Part shown: piece by piece, positions 29,963 through 40,287 of the stretch
Layout of the letters: each line of letters starts with the position of its first letter
How positions within the stretch are numbered: the stretch's first letter is position 1
Assembly: GCA_965215195.1 (NCBI GenBank)
Contig: CBDCDC010000002.1
Span: 896,001-960,000 of the forward strand
Direction: 5' to 3'
Length of the DNA stretch: 64,000 nucleotides
Source of the DNA: Candidatus Latescibacterota bacterium
GTDB lineage: Bacteria; Latescibacterota; UBA2968; UBA8231
Program-made: the position numbers and the translations under genes
The notes under the pieces: model-generated
Told to the model about the DNA's origin: nothing
Database searches by the model: none
The model's input: only the letters and a program-made list of their open reading frames with translations

Positions 29963-30480
29963 CTAGATTCGCCCGTGCCGGATGTCCACCATCCGCCGCG
30001 TCAGTTCAAACCGCAGCGCTTCCCCGCGGAAAAACCGCACGAACTCATCGACCATCACCGAGAAATAGCGGCCAAAGGTCTCGGGCGCATACCAAGCTAT
30101 ATGGGGGCTGACAAAGACGTTGGGCAGGTGGCGCAGGAGGCTGTCTTTGGGCAGCGGCTCTGGGTCGAAGACATCGAGTCCGGCGATTAGCTCGCCCCGC
30201 GCCAGCCGCTGCGTCAGTTCCCCGTAATCCACGACCGGCCCGCGACAGCAATTGATCAGGATGCGACCGCAGCCCAGCAAATCGAGCTCCCGCGCCCCGA
30301 TCATTTTTTCGGTCTTAGGCGTGTGTGGGACTTGAACGACGAGGATGTCGGCGTGTTGCAATACCTCGTCGAGCGAGCCGCGCACAATGCCCAGCTCAGC
30401 GGCCACTTCCTCGGGCAAATACGGGTCGGCGACGCGCAGGTCCACCCGAAAGGGGCTCGGCCTCTCCCACCGAATGAGGT
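29963..30480 (-). pseudogene. N-terminally truncated D-2-hydroxyacid dehydrogenase
   Basis: VPHTPKTEKMIG, INCCRGPVVD, AGLDVFDPEP and SPHIA are present; the substrate-binding N-terminus and GxGxxG are missing. Confidence 0.7.
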
Positions 30481-31496
30481 CACTCATGCATCGCCAACCA
30501 ATCAACTGCGGCTTGCCGCCGCGCCTGCGGCGTCTCTGCGTCCGCTGGCAAGCGGTGCAATTCCCAAGCGATCTCGTGCGTCAAGGTCTCGCCCACCTGC
30601 AAATAGACCCAAGGGCTTAACAATTCTAGTTCGGTGTAATCCGGGCAGGTATAGACCTCGGCACTCAGGCCCCCGTCCGGGTAGCGCTGGGTCGCATCGC
30701 GGCGAAAGAACTCGGCCATGACCACGTCGCCGACAATGCCGGCCAGCCAGCGATCCGAGTCCGCTCCGGTCTTCTGCGCCTCCACCGGGTCGGGCACGAA
30801 AATGCCAATGTCGCCCTCGATGGTGAAGTTGCGCATGGCCGCGCCCTCGGCAAAGCCAAAGGGATGGTAGCGCAGATCGAAGTGGCTGTGCGGGTTGAGC
30901 GGATAGAGGGTCTGCTCGGGCGGCCGGATTTGGGTGACGTTCCATATTGTGTAGCGCAACGGCTCAACCTTGGCGGCCACCAGCTTTTCGATCCGCTGGT
31001 GAATCTCCACGCGCGTACCCCGTTCCGCCAAGCGAATTTCGCGTACGCTGCGCGCCCCATTGTACTCGCTCACCGGGCTGGTGATCACCACTCCCCCGGG
31101 CAGCAACTCAACCTCGTGTACCGCGCCATCGAAAGCGTGGTCGGGCGGCCAAGAGTGGCCGTTGATTTTGACAAAATCGCTCTGCTGGTTGGGCCAGACC
31201 TTGTCGCCGCCAAAATTGGTCCACGCGTACTGGCCTTCCTCATCGACATTGGGCTGGCCGCCGGGCAGCACCTGACCGTGAAGCTCGGGATCGGACCAGA
31301 GAATGTTTTCGCCCCCGACAAACCCGTAGTGCATGATGCGACCAATGGCCGGCACCACGACTACGCGCACATCGGGATTGGCAATTTCAATCGAGTTTGC
31401 CCAACCCTCGTATTCGATTTTCTCGACTGTGACCTCGGCCATAGCGGGCGCGACCAGCGCCAGTACCCACCCAACAGTCCATTGTAACCTGCACAT
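30480..31496 (-). CDS. Secreted hypothetical protein (DUF4380/galactose-mutarotase-like)
   Basis: Signal peptide; YEGW..VVPAIGRIM..GENILW..NFGGDKVWP..YTELELLSP. Confidence 0.65.
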   Translation of the reverse strand: MCRLQWTVGWVLALVAPAMAEVTVEKIEYEGWANSIEIANPDVRVVVVPAIGRIMHYGFVGGENILWSDPELHGQVLPGGQPNVDEEGQYAWTNFGGDKVWPNQQSDFVKINGHSWPPDHAFDGAVHEVELLPGGVVITSPVSEYNGARSVREIRLAERGTRVEIHQRIEKLVAAKVEPLRYTIWNVTQIRPPEQTLYPLNPHSHFDLRYHPFGFAEGAAMRNFTIEGDIGIFVPDPVEAQKTGADSDRWLAGIVGDVVMAEFFRRDATQRYPDGGLSAEVYTCPDYTELELLSPWVYLQVGETLTHEIAWELHRLPADAETPQARRQAAVDWLAMHE

Positions 31497-31538
31497 ATTC
31501 GCTCTCCACTGATTGTGATTAATAGTCAGTCCACAACC

Positions 31539-32669
31539 TCATCTAAGCGCCGAAACGCCGCCGCCCTTGAGGGCGCGGGCGACTTCCTTTTCGACCTCGT
31601 CTCGCGTGACCATGGTGGTGTCGCCGATGCACTCCTGCACCAAGATGCCGTGGGCAGCCCCCCACTGCACCGCGTCGGCGGCCCCCCGACCGTCGAGCAG
31701 GGCCGCGATCACGCCCGAGGCAAAGGAATCGCCGCCGCCGGTGCGATCGGCGATTTCGATGTTTTCGCGCACGGCCGCCTCGTAGATTGCGTCCTCCTCC
31801 ACGTCGAAGAGCACGGCCCCCCAGTTGATGCGGTCGGCCGTCAGCGCACCGCGCAACTGCGTGCCGATGTACTTGAGGTTCGGATAGTCCTCGGCGACTT
31901 GGCGCAGCGTCTTGGTGTAGATGGTCAACCACTGATCAAAGCTGGCGTCCTTGGCCACCTTTTCGGTCTCGTAGCCCAGCGCGTCGTCAAAGTCGTCTTG
32001 GTTGCCGACGAGGAACTCAACGTGCGGCACAATAGCGCGATTGATCTGGCGGGCGCGCTCCCTGTCCGGCTCAACCTTGGAGCGGTAGTTGAGGTCAAAG
32101 GAGCGGCCCGCGCCGTGCTCGCCGGCCTTCTGCATGGCCTCTAGCGCCAGCGCGGCCGTCTTCTCCGCGAGTAAGGTGTAAATCCCGCCGGTGCTAAACC
32201 ACCGCGTACCCAACGCGCCGAAGAGGTGATCCCAGTCCACGTCGCCCGGCCCTATCTCGCGCACCGGGGTATGGGCGCGATAGTATTCGGTCACCGAAGG
32301 CAACAGGCCCTTGCCGGCCCAAGTGAAGTTGATTCCGTTGTGCAAAGTCCCCTTGGCGTCGGTGCTGAATTGGCCCTTGCCACCGTTGTCAAACCAGATG
32401 ATGTGCCCGGTGTCCAGCCCGGCTTCGCGCAGTTGGTTTTCGATGTTGCGGCCGACCCCGTCGTCCACGAGGGCCGTGATGACAGCGGCGCGCAAGCCGA
32501 AGCAATAGCTCAAGCCCTCGACGACATTGGTCTCGCCGCCCCCGTGCCATATCCGGGCGGTGCGCGCCCGAGCCGTGGGCACTTGGCCGGGATCGAGGCG
32601 CATGAGCACTTCGCCCAAGGCGATGGCGTCGTAGTGGGTTTGGTCTGCTGATTTGAGTTGGATGGTCAT
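31539..32669 (-). CDS. PfkB-family sugar kinase (2-keto-3-deoxygluconate kinase-like)
   Basis: LGEVLMRLDP, GGGETNV, SFDLNYR, DRTGGGDSFASG. Confidence 0.88.
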   Translation of the reverse strand: MTIQLKSADQTHYDAIALGEVLMRLDPGQVPTARARTARIWHGGGETNVVEGLSYCFGLRAAVITALVDDGVGRNIENQLREAGLDTGHIIWFDNGGKGQFSTDAKGTLHNGINFTWAGKGLLPSVTEYYRAHTPVREIGPGDVDWDHLFGALGTRWFSTGGIYTLLAEKTAALALEAMQKAGEHGAGRSFDLNYRSKVEPDRERARQINRAIVPHVEFLVGNQDDFDDALGYETEKVAKDASFDQWLTIYTKTLRQVAEDYPNLKYIGTQLRGALTADRINWGAVLFDVEEDAIYEAAVRENIEIADRTGGGDSFASGVIAALLDGRGAADAVQWGAAHGILVQECIGDTTMVTRDEVEKEVARALKGGGVSALR

Positions 32670-32699
32670 GTTGCTTGCTTTCTCCTTGTGTTGTTGAAG

Positions 32700-33290
32700 T
32701 TATCGCAGGTTGCCCAACGCACAGAGCCGTTCGACAAAATAACGGGCACTAGGGCAATTGGCGTGTCGGGCGGCTCGTCTGACATCAAACCCGTGCTGGC
32801 GAATGAACTTTCTCGAAAAACGAACTTTTGTTCCCGGCCCACTACCCCTTTTGCGGCCGAGTTCCTTCAGCCGATCCCAAGGCATTCCAGCCAACGTTTC
32901 CGGGGCAGCCTCATAGAAAGTGTCGTCGCCCAACCAGCGGCGCATCGCCTCCGTATCGGCGAGGAACCAAGATTCCATCGCCTTCCTTGCAATTGCGATC
33001 AAATCAATGCCTTGGGAACCAATGATTTTCTTGCGCTTTTGCACACACGGAGCACAGGTCTCGGGATCGAGGTCAGCCAGTACAACCACCTTGTTTGGAT
33101 TGGCCCTCGTCCTGAGATTCTTGATGAAAGCTCCGATATTACGGCTGCACATATTACCGCCCCCAGCGGCATCAACCACTAGGTCAATCACTTCCAAGTT
33201 GCAATCCTCGCGTAGCCATTTCCGCAACAATTCGCTTTCGACTAGCCGCTTTTCTGAAGCCCCTTCCACCACGAACCTCACAGTCACCAT
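32700..33290 (-). CDS. TOPRIM-like (DUF4276-like) partner of the AAA ATPase
   Basis: FVVEGASE, VLADLD, MESWFLAD, CPSARYF. Confidence 0.65.
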   Translation of the reverse strand: MVTVRFVVEGASEKRLVESELLRKWLREDCNLEVIDLVVDAAGGGNMCSRNIGAFIKNLRTRANPNKVVVLADLDPETCAPCVQKRKKIIGSQGIDLIAIARKAMESWFLADTEAMRRWLGDDTFYEAAPETLAGMPWDRLKELGRKRGSGPGTKVRFSRKFIRQHGFDVRRAARHANCPSARYFVERLCALGNLR

Positions 33291-34396
33291 GGCAATCCCC
33301 CAGCTAAAAGGTTCGAAAGCCACGCTTCGTCGAGACCCAACGGAGCAAGGTCCTCTTGGGAGATGTTCCCGGCATCGGCTGGCTTCATTATAGTGCGGCC
33401 TTCAACCTTATCTACGAGAATGAATTCGCCGAGATTAAGTGCCCGAACAACGGACTCGCTATGCGTGGTCAACCAGATGGGACTTTCAGGCGCAGCCTGC
33501 TGCCGCATCAAATCTATCAGTTCGTAGATGGCCTTGGGATGCAGCCCTCTTTCCGGCTCCTCAATCAATGTCATTCCGCAACCTGAAGGCGCGTCGAGTG
33601 CGGCGACCAGTAAACAGAGCGCGTACATCGTCCCGTCTGAAACTAGATGGGCTGGGAACGGTTTCTCAATCCCTTCCTCCTTGAATCGCAGAGCAGTTCT
33701 GCCGTCTAGCCTCTGCTGTTCAGTCTGGATCTTCTCGATCCCTGGGACAATCATTTCCATCCAGTCCTGAATTTCTTCGCGTATCGCTTCATCGCCCTCT
33801 AAACGATGCAAGACACTCGCCAGATTGTTTCCCTTGCTTCTTAATTGCGTTGAATCAAAGTCAGATTTATCCGGCTCCTTTGCGCCCGTAGGATCAATCC
33901 TATACACATGCAAATTTCTCAGGAGTTTAGTAAGCGGATGATTTCGATGCTCAAGCGATAGATTCGAATAGATGCGGTCCTCGCTTACAACGGGCCGTTC
34001 TTCGGCGTAGATCGCTCCCTTGCCCCCAGTTTGCTCCTCATTGAGCTCCAAGCATTCTCTGATGCCGGGTTCGCTGTCGAGGTGGTCAATGCTCAACGAA
34101 TAGCAGATTTCCCGTTGTTCCAAAAGATCGCATTCGATCTCAAAGCTAAACTTCTTGGAATCTGCTCCCGCGCGTTTTTTTGAATAGATATTTGCAAAAC
34201 CCCCGTGCTCGCGCAGCGCGATTTCAAGCCCGCCACGCACAAAGAGGCCGACAAAATCCAGCGCATCAAAGAAATTGCTCTTGCCCGAGCCATTCGCTCC
34301 CGCGAATACCGAAAAAGGAGCAAGTCCCTTTACTTCCAAAGAGTCAATGCTCTTGAAGTTTTCGATCTTCAATCTGCGAATGGTTTTCTCGCTCAT
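33284..34396 (-). CDS. ABC/AAA_21-type ATPase
   Basis: IENFKSI, GANGSGKSN Walker A, VSDGT signature, LIEEPERGLHP Walker B, TTHS. Confidence 0.88.
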   Translation of the reverse strand: MSEKTIRRLKIENFKSIDSLEVKGLAPFSVFAGANGSGKSNFFDALDFVGLFVRGGLEIALREHGGFANIYSKKRAGADSKKFSFEIECDLLEQREICYSLSIDHLDSEPGIRECLELNEEQTGGKGAIYAEERPVVSEDRIYSNLSLEHRNHPLTKLLRNLHVYRIDPTGAKEPDKSDFDSTQLRSKGNNLASVLHRLEGDEAIREEIQDWMEMIVPGIEKIQTEQQRLDGRTALRFKEEGIEKPFPAHLVSDGTMYALCLLVAALDAPSGCGMTLIEEPERGLHPKAIYELIDLMRQQAAPESPIWLTTHSESVVRALNLGEFILVDKVEGRTIMKPADAGNISQEDLAPLGLDEAWLSNLLAGGLPW

Positions 34397-35274
34397 GGCT
34401 GCACCCGCACTCGGCTCTCTTTTACGAGGGACTTCTCCAGCGCCTCCAGCACCGCCACCGGCCCCAGCATGGTCTGCGCGGTCTCGTCGGTTTTGCCCGT
34501 GCGGAACATGGCGCAAAAATCGCGAATGCCGCTCAGATACGGGCTCTCGTCAAATGAGATCGGCGCGTCAATGCGGCCCTTTGCGCCGATGGCACTCAAG
34601 TGGAAGCCTAAGGCCGCGCCCCCCACCAAATTCAGGGTGGCTACGCAGCCGTCGCGGTACGTGAGAGTAGCCGTGTGGTTGGCACCTGCCCCGCGATGGA
34701 CCTCGGCCCAGCATATATCCGGGCCGAGCAGGCGCAGCACCATATCCACTTGGTGAATGCCATAAAAAAAGACCCCGCCCCACTTCGCCTTGATGTCGCA
34801 GGGGCCAGTGGAGACCAACGCCTGAATGGGGCCGAGCTGGCCCATCTTTTGGGCAAAGGCCCGGTAAGCAGCCTGTTTGGGCAGCGTGGAAAAGGAGCAG
34901 ACCGGCACACCTAACTCCTCAGCCCGCGCCAAAAAGCACTTCCCCTCGGCCAAGCGGTAGCAAAACGGCTTGTCGATAAAAAGCGGGATCTTGGCCTCCA
35001 GCAGCGGCCGGGCCGCCGGCAGGTGCTCCTTGCCGTGGCGGTGATCCACTACCGCTGCATCGACTTGGCCGATCAACGCTTCGGGTGCTCGGACCATGTG
35101 CGGGATTTGACCGGCCGCGGCCGCGGCTTGCGCGTATTGGGCAGTCTCGCCCCACACATGGGTCACCCGCACTCCCTGCACCCTTTTTTCGACGTTGAGT
35201 ACCTTGGCGATGGCTGCTGTGTGGCTGTTTTCCGCCCCGACGATGCCGATGGTCAGCACCTTATGCCTCCCCAA
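34393..35274 (-). CDS. Gfo/Idh/MocA oxidoreductase
   Basis: IGIVGAENSH, PLFIDKP, FYGIH. Confidence 0.85.
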   Translation of the reverse strand: MGRHKVLTIGIVGAENSHTAAIAKVLNVEKRVQGVRVTHVWGETAQYAQAAAAAGQIPHMVRAPEALIGQVDAAVVDHRHGKEHLPAARPLLEAKIPLFIDKPFCYRLAEGKCFLARAEELGVPVCSFSTLPKQAAYRAFAQKMGQLGPIQALVSTGPCDIKAKWGGVFFYGIHQVDMVLRLLGPDICWAEVHRGAGANHTATLTYRDGCVATLNLVGGAALGFHLSAIGAKGRIDAPISFDESPYLSGIRDFCAMFRTGKTDETAQTMLGPVAVLEALEKSLVKESRVRVQP

Positions 35275-36085
35275 ACGGCCACAGCTTCAACACCGTCTTG
35301 CCCAGCACCCACTCCAGATCCTCCGGCGCGATGAACTTCATCTCGTCGCGCACCACCGTCAGGGGTTGGGCGTATTCGGCCCTCGACAGACACACTGGCC
35401 AATCCGTGCCCCACATGATGCGCTGCGGCCCAAAGGTCTGATACACTTCCTCGACCATCTCGTGCGTATCGGCCCAAGGGTAGCCCTGCTTGGACAGCGA
35501 CCATGTGTGGCTGATCTTGACGTACACGCGGGGGTAACGGGCCATATCCATTAGCAATTGCCGCTCCTGCGGGTTGTCGGGATGGGCACTGGCCATGTGG
35601 TCGATGCAGCAATCCACCTCCGGGTAGCGGTCGAGAATCCGCGCCAAATCCGGCAGCCGGCTCGTCCCGGTCAAGATCAACATCGGGATCCCCAAATCCT
35701 GAGCGCGCCCGAAAATCGGGTCCATCCCCGGCCCCTTAAACCAATCGCCGCTCGCATCCCGCGACGGCGAGAGCCGCATCCCGTGCAGGCCGTGCTCTTC
35801 CGTCCACATGGACATGTGATCGGCCGCGGCCGGGTCTTGGGGATTGATGCGCCCCACGGCCATGAAGCGGTCAGGATATTGCTCGATGACGTGGGCGACA
35901 TAGCTATTGTCCCAGCGGTAGTGAATCACCTGCACCAGCACGGTCTTTTCCACCCCGTTGGCGTCCATCAGCGCCAGTAGGTCTTCGGCCGTGTGGTCTT
36001 CGGCGGGCGGATTGGGGTTTTCCGCTGGCCAGGGAAAGGCCGGATCGTTGATCCATACGTGTACATGAGGGTCGATGATGCGCAT
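35261..36085 (-). CDS. Amidohydrolase_2 family protein
   Basis: IIDPHVHVW, IDHMA, IMWGTDWP. Confidence 0.88.
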   Translation of the reverse strand: MRIIDPHVHVWINDPAFPWPAENPNPPAEDHTAEDLLALMDANGVEKTVLVQVIHYRWDNSYVAHVIEQYPDRFMAVGRINPQDPAAADHMSMWTEEHGLHGMRLSPSRDASGDWFKGPGMDPIFGRAQDLGIPMLILTGTSRLPDLARILDRYPEVDCCIDHMASAHPDNPQERQLLMDMARYPRVYVKISHTWSLSKQGYPWADTHEMVEEVYQTFGPQRIMWGTDWPVCLSRAEYAQPLTVVRDEMKFIAPEDLEWVLGKTVLKLWPFGEA

Positions 36086-36229
36086 GAAGGGTTCCTTTCT
36101 GCGAAATGGTTGGCGATAAAATGCTAAAAAGGGCCGGGGGCGTCCAGCACGGCACTGCTTGCGAGTCCGCGTCCAGCCGCCTAGATTGACCGGCACCTTT
36201 CTTCACCTGCGGCCCACAGGAGACCTGTC

Positions 36230-37798
36230 TTGTTCGACTTGATCATTTGCAACGGCACCATCATCAACGGCACCCGCGCCAACCGCTATCCCGCGGATGT
36301 CGGCCTGCGCGGCGACCGCATCGCGGCCATCGGCGACCTCGGCAACAGCGAATCCCAGCACAGCATTGACGCCCAAGGCAAAATCGTCGCCCCGGGCTTT
36401 GTCGACGTTCACAACCACTCCGACGGCTGGCTCTTGCAGCAGCCCAACTTCCTCCCCAAGACCCTCCAAGGCTTTACCACCGAAGTCCTCATGGCCGACG
36501 GCATTTCCTACGCCCCGCTCGACGCGCCCACCCGCGCCCACTGGCTCTACTACATGCGCGCCCTCAACGGCCTGATGCAAAGCCACTACTCAGGCTGGGA
36601 GAGCCTCGCCGATTACATGCAGGTACTCGACAGCCGCACCGCGCAAAACACCATCACCCACCTCCCCTACGCCCACCTGCGGGCCATGGCCTGCGGCTGG
36701 GATCGCCGCGTCCCCGACGACGTGCAAATGGAAGAGATTCTCGCCGGGGTCGAGCGCGGCATGGCCGAAGGCGCGGTCGGCCTTTCGACCGGCCTCGACT
36801 ACATTGCCGAATGCTTTGCCACCACCGACGAACTCGTCGAAGCCTGCACCGCCATGGCGGCCCAACAGGGCCTTTATGCCACCCATGTGCGCTACAAAAA
36901 GGGCACCCTCGCCGGGGTGCAGGAGGCCGTCGAAATCGGCCGGCGTGCCGGCGTCCCGGTTCACATTTCCCACTTCAAGGGCACCTCGCCCGAGCAGATC
37001 GACGAGCTGCTGTCGTACGTGGATCAAGTCGCCGTTCACGAGGTCGATTTCAGTTTTGACGTCTATCCCTACCTGCCCGGCTCGACCATGCTCAACTTCA
37101 TGTTGCCCTATGAGGTGTGGGAGGACGGTCCGTTGGGTGCCTTGCCCAAACTCAACGATCCCGCGCTGCGCCGCCGCTTCGCCCGCGTCCTCGACCGCTA
37201 CCCCAACCCCCTCGACCGGATGACCATTGCTTGGCTGCCCGGGCGGGACAACGCCGGCTTTATCGGCCGCACCTTAGACGAATACGTGCAACAGGCCGGC
37301 GCATCCCCGGCCGACGCGCTCTGCGACCTGTTGATCGAGGAAAACTTGGCGGTCCTCCTCGTCTTCCACCACGGCGACGACGCCTTGGTGCATCCCTTCC
37401 TGTCGCACGACAAATACATGATGGGCAGCGATGGGATTTACTTCCCCGACGGCGCGGTTCACCCGCGTTTATACGGATCGGCCGCGCGCCTGTTGGGCCC
37501 TTGCGTACGCGACCACCAGCTCTTCTCGCTCGAAGACGCGGTGTACAAGCTGAGCGCTCACCCGGCATCGCGGTTTGGCCTGACGCAACGGGGGCAAATC
37601 GCCGAGGGCTTCTACGCGGACTTGGTCGTCTTTGACGCGGCGACTGTTGCGGATCGCGCTACGTACGCCGACCCCCATCAGTATTCGGTCGGGGTCGAGC
37701 ACGTCCTCGTCAACGGGGTTCCCATCGTCCGCAATGGAGGCGCGGTCGAGGGCTTGGGGCCGCGCTGGCCGGGCCGCTATCTCAAGTTCAGGGCCTGA
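36230..37798 (+). CDS. D-aminoacylase (N-acyl-D-amino-acid deacylase) family
   Basis: APGFVDVHNHSD, GAVGLSTGLDY, VHISHFK, GSDG, HPRLYG. Confidence 0.88.
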   Translation: MFDLIICNGTIINGTRANRYPADVGLRGDRIAAIGDLGNSESQHSIDAQGKIVAPGFVDVHNHSDGWLLQQPNFLPKTLQGFTTEVLMADGISYAPLDAPTRAHWLYYMRALNGLMQSHYSGWESLADYMQVLDSRTAQNTITHLPYAHLRAMACGWDRRVPDDVQMEEILAGVERGMAEGAVGLSTGLDYIAECFATTDELVEACTAMAAQQGLYATHVRYKKGTLAGVQEAVEIGRRAGVPVHISHFKGTSPEQIDELLSYVDQVAVHEVDFSFDVYPYLPGSTMLNFMLPYEVWEDGPLGALPKLNDPALRRRFARVLDRYPNPLDRMTIAWLPGRDNAGFIGRTLDEYVQQAGASPADALCDLLIEENLAVLLVFHHGDDALVHPFLSHDKYMMGSDGIYFPDGAVHPRLYGSAARLLGPCVRDHQLFSLEDAVYKLSAHPASRFGLTQRGQIAEGFYADLVVFDAATVADRATYADPHQYSVGVEHVLVNGVPIVRNGGAVEGLGPRWPGRYLKFRA

Positions 37799-38152
37799 TT
37801 AGTACTTGCTCATCGGCCCGCCGTTCCAACACTCGGCCGTCTCGCCCTTGGAGTTGAGGAGCGTGGCCGAGTGCTTGCCCAGCGCGACCCATACCGTCTT
37901 ACCAACGTAGAGCCAGCACCAAGAACAATGCTCTTTGGGGTCGAGCAACCAGACGCTCCCGTCCGGCAACCGCACCAACAGGTGCCCTTCGGCAAAGCGG
38001 CGCATCAGGTGCGCCTCCACATAGCCACCCTCAGCCAAAAGCTGCGCGGCTTTGGGCGAAGGTTGCGGGGTGGCGATCAGCGCACATCCTCCGATTAACA
38101 CGGCGCAGACGACCGCTCCACGAATCTTATGTATTGTGGCGAGCGCTGACAT
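37799..38152 (-). CDS. Hypothetical lipoprotein
   Basis: Lipobox-like LIGGC after a hydrophobic stretch. Confidence 0.55.
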   Translation of the reverse strand: MSALATIHKIRGAVVCAVLIGGCALIATPQPSPKAAQLLAEGGYVEAHLMRRFAEGHLLVRLPDGSVWLLDPKEHCSWCWLYVGKTVWVALGKHSATLLNSKGETAECWNGGPMSKY

Positions 38153-38207
38153 TTTCTTCTCTTGCTTTGGCTTGACGCTGTTTTATTCGCTTCGTTAGGT
38201 ATTTAGA

Positions 38208-40286
38208 ATGAATAGACAACAAGCGGAGAGGCTTCTACAGATAGCTGTAGGCAACCCTGATGCGCGGTTCAGGGCTGGGCAGTGGGAGGCTATTGATGCC
38301 GTGTCGAATTGGAGAGCCAAGCTGCTCCTAGTGCAACGGACGGGTTGGGGTAAGAGTGCCGTGTACTTCGTCGCCACGAGAATCTTCCGCAACGCAGGTC
38401 GCGGCCCAACCATCATCGTATCGCCGCTGCTAGCCCTGATGCGAAATCAGGTTGAGGCGGCGCAGCGACTCGGGATACGCGCTGCATCGATCGACTCGTC
38501 CAATCGCGCTGACTGGGACGACATCATCACGGACGTGCTTAACGATCAGATCGACGCCTTGCTGATAACGCCCGAACGGCTCGCCAACGAAGACTTTCGC
38601 CAGAGCGTACTGATGAAAATTGCAGATCGTATCGGTCTGCTCGTTGTGGACGAGGCACATTGCATCTCCGACTGGGGCCATGACTTCCGGCCCGACTACC
38701 GGCGCTTGACCAACGTGCTGAGAATGCTTCCGCGCAACATGCCGGTCCTCGGCACGACCGCAACTGCCAATGACCGGGTGATTGGCGATATTAAGACGCA
38801 GCTAGCTGATTTCCAAATCCAGCGTGGTCCCCTCTCGCGTCACTCGCTTTCGCTCCAAACCATAAGGCTTGACAGTCAAGCCTCGCGCTTGGCTTGGCTT
38901 GCCCAATCAATTCCGCAGATCCCTAGCAGTGGCATAGTGTACGTACTGACCAAACGCGACGCCGAACAGGTTGCCGCTTGGCTGTCTCGGCAGGGCATTT
39001 CAGCTCGGTCCTACCACGCAGCCGTCTACCACAATAAACGCCGGCGGCTGGAAAACATGCTGCTGAACAACAAGATCAAGGTCTTGGTCGCCACCACAGC
39101 CTTAGGTATGGGATACGACAAGCCGGACCTCAGCTTCGTCATCCACTATCAGGCTCCTAGTTCCGTCGTCGCCTACTATCAGCAGGTGGGCAGAGCCGGC
39201 CGGGCCATCCCTAGTGCCGTTGGGATCCTGCTCGCGGGAAAGGAAGACGAGCAGATTCACGAGTACTTCCGGCGGACGGCCTTTCCACCAGAACATGCGG
39301 TTGCGGCGGTACTCGATGCATTGGAAGAATCTGACGGTAAGTCCATCAATGAACTACAGAACCAGCTAAACATGCGCCAGAGCCAGATTGAGCAGGTCCT
39401 GAAGGTCCTCAGCGTCGAAGTCCCTTCACCTTTCATAAAGGTCGGTTCAAAATGGCACCGCACCGCGGCCGAATTCGAGTTGGACAGGGAGCGCATTCAT
39501 CGACTTTCTGGCCAGAGAGAACGCGAGTGGCAAGAGTTTCAGGAGTACGTCGATACCGACGACTGCTTCATGGAATACCTCGGACGCATGCTGGACGATC
39601 CCGCAGGCGAGAGATGCGGCAAGTGCGCGAACTGCATGGAAAAGCCCGTGATCGCAACCACAGTTGAGCACCCACTGGAGGTAGAAGCGGTCCGCTTTCT
39701 GCGCCGATCGGAACTGCCGTTCGAGCCGAGAGCGAGAATTTCCAAAGGGACACTGCCGACTTACGGGTTCCCAAATGACCGCTTAGTACCGGAGCTGCAG
39801 GCGTCGGAGGGGCGAATTCTGTCGCAGTGGGGAGATGCTGGCTGGGGTGCGGTCGTCGCCGAAGACAAGGAATCTGGGCACTTCCGAGACGAGCTCGTCC
39901 GCGCAGTGGCTGAAATGATCCGAGAGCGATGGCAGCCAGACCCGCCTGCAAAATGGGTTACTTGCGTTCCATCGCTTCGGTGCCCGGCCTTGGTTCCTGA
40001 TTTTGCACGACGCTTGGCATCTACGCTCCAGCTTCCATTCTGCGATGTGATCCAGAAAGTACGAGACTGCCCGCCGCAGAAACAGCAGGAGAACACCTTC
40101 CATCAGTGCCGAAATCTCGACGGCGCATTCAAAGTCGTCGACAGCGTTTCGGCTTCGCCCGTCCTACTCATCGACGATGTAATCGATTCACGCTGGACGA
40201 TGACTGTTCTGGCCGCCCTCCTACAGCACTCTGGAAGCGGCTTGGTTTATCCCGTAGGGCTGGCATCAGCGAGCTCAGGAGGTTGA
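38208..40286 (+). CDS. RecQ-family DNA helicase with C-terminal PRTase-like domain
   Basis: QRTGWGKS, VDEAHCISDWGHDFRPDY, TATA, ALGMGYDKPD, YYQQVGRAGR, Zn motif CGKCANC; C-terminal VLLIDDVIDSRWT PRPP-binding-like motif. Confidence 0.9.
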   Translation: MNRQQAERLLQIAVGNPDARFRAGQWEAIDAVSNWRAKLLLVQRTGWGKSAVYFVATRIFRNAGRGPTIIVSPLLALMRNQVEAAQRLGIRAASIDSSNRADWDDIITDVLNDQIDALLITPERLANEDFRQSVLMKIADRIGLLVVDEAHCISDWGHDFRPDYRRLTNVLRMLPRNMPVLGTTATANDRVIGDIKTQLADFQIQRGPLSRHSLSLQTIRLDSQASRLAWLAQSIPQIPSSGIVYVLTKRDAEQVAAWLSRQGISARSYHAAVYHNKRRRLENMLLNNKIKVLVATTALGMGYDKPDLSFVIHYQAPSSVVAYYQQVGRAGRAIPSAVGILLAGKEDEQIHEYFRRTAFPPEHAVAAVLDALEESDGKSINELQNQLNMRQSQIEQVLKVLSVEVPSPFIKVGSKWHRTAAEFELDRERIHRLSGQREREWQEFQEYVDTDDCFMEYLGRMLDDPAGERCGKCANCMEKPVIATTVEHPLEVEAVRFLRRSELPFEPRARISKGTLPTYGFPNDRLVPELQASEGRILSQWGDAGWGAVVAEDKESGHFRDELVRAVAEMIRERWQPDPPAKWVTCVPSLRCPALVPDFARRLASTLQLPFCDVIQKVRDCPPQKQQENTFHQCRNLDGAFKVVDSVSASPVLLIDDVIDSRWTMTVLAALLQHSGSGLVYPVGLASASSGG

Positions 40287-40287
40287 A

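Noticed and set aside
33284-36196. Longest-ORF starts at 34516 and 36196 (also 26540, 18193, 46422, 49354)
   Set aside because: These extensions mostly overlap neighbouring genes; downstream starts with RBS or coupled stops fit the family N-termini.
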